From positions 196,068 to 260,067 of the IMG/VR virus record IMGVR_UViG_3300017963_000190: DNA of 64,000 nucleotides; one strand, written 5' to 3'. This document shows positions 63,760 through 64,000 of this stretch, piece after piece (positions within the stretch are counted from its first letter, which is position 1; each line of letters begins with the position of its first letter). Under the pieces are notes generated by a model. That model saw only the letters and a list, made by a program, of their open reading frames with translations, made no database searches and was not told the DNA's origin. The translations under genes and the position numbers were made by a program.

Positions 63760-64000
63760 ATGCCGAATTATGATTTTGATGTACTGGTGCATGGAAAATC
63801 CGTCACCAAATACGTCCACGAGGGCCACGTGTACATCGAGGGTCGCAAAGGCTCAGAGTTCACGATCCTGGTCCGCAACCGCACAGGCAGTCGCGTCTTG
63901 GCGGTGATCACCGTCGACGGTCTCTCCATCATGGATGGTAAGCCGGGGAGCATCGAAGGAACAGGCTACGTGCTAGATCCCTTTGAGACCCTCAAGATTC
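63760..64000 (+). CDS. conserved hypothetical protein (runs off the window)
   Basis: AGGAGG SD; YIEGRKGSEF...RVLAVITVDGLSIMDG. Confidence 0.65.
   Translation, partial: MPNYDFDVLVHGKSVTKYVHEGHVYIEGRKGSEFTILVRNRTGSRVLAVITVDGLSIMDGKPGSIEGTGYVLDPFETLKI

Noticed and set aside
1-64000. Alternative genetic code or suppressor tRNAs
   Set aside because: Long genes are intact in code 11, all three stop codons terminate ORFs, and no CTA/TCA/TTA-anticodon tRNA was found

Overview
This window looks like part of a large (jumbo-type) dsDNA bacteriophage genome. The host is uncertain; a bEBP/Fis-type HTH and a sigma-region-4 protein weakly suggest Myxococcota or deltaproteobacteria. Bases 1-5 kb hold replication and nucleoid genes (ATP-dependent DNA ligase, AT-hook histone-like protein). 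Bases 5-14 kb hold a cluster of probable virion-internal proteins sharing a short PxxIxxxGxxY motif. Bases 12.7-62 kb are a dispersed array of about 36 tRNA genes (no encoded CCA, no canonical tRNA-Leu seen), interleaved with many small ORFs, homing endonucleases and an unusually rich set of structured non-coding RNAs. Main observations: (i) two tRNA genes (Ser-UGA, His-GUG) are split by endonuclease cassettes that carry their own replacement tRNA with the same anticodon; (ii) a ~284-nt RNA reproduces the 23S rRNA L11-binding (GTPase-associated) domain; (iii) four tandem tRNA-Leu-like RNAs have 7/6 acceptor-T helices and no anticodon arm, and there are also permuted YrlA-like RNAs; (iv) an RlmN-like radical SAM enzyme is split into two genes and lacks the resolving Cys; (v) a Pth2-like gene apparently needs a +1 frameshift at a UGA; (vi) there are stand-alone mimics or paralogs of EF-Tu domain II, release-factor domain 3, major capsid protein and portal. 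Together these suggest a phage translation-rescue and decoy island. All family calls come from motif recognition by eye; no database searches were run.
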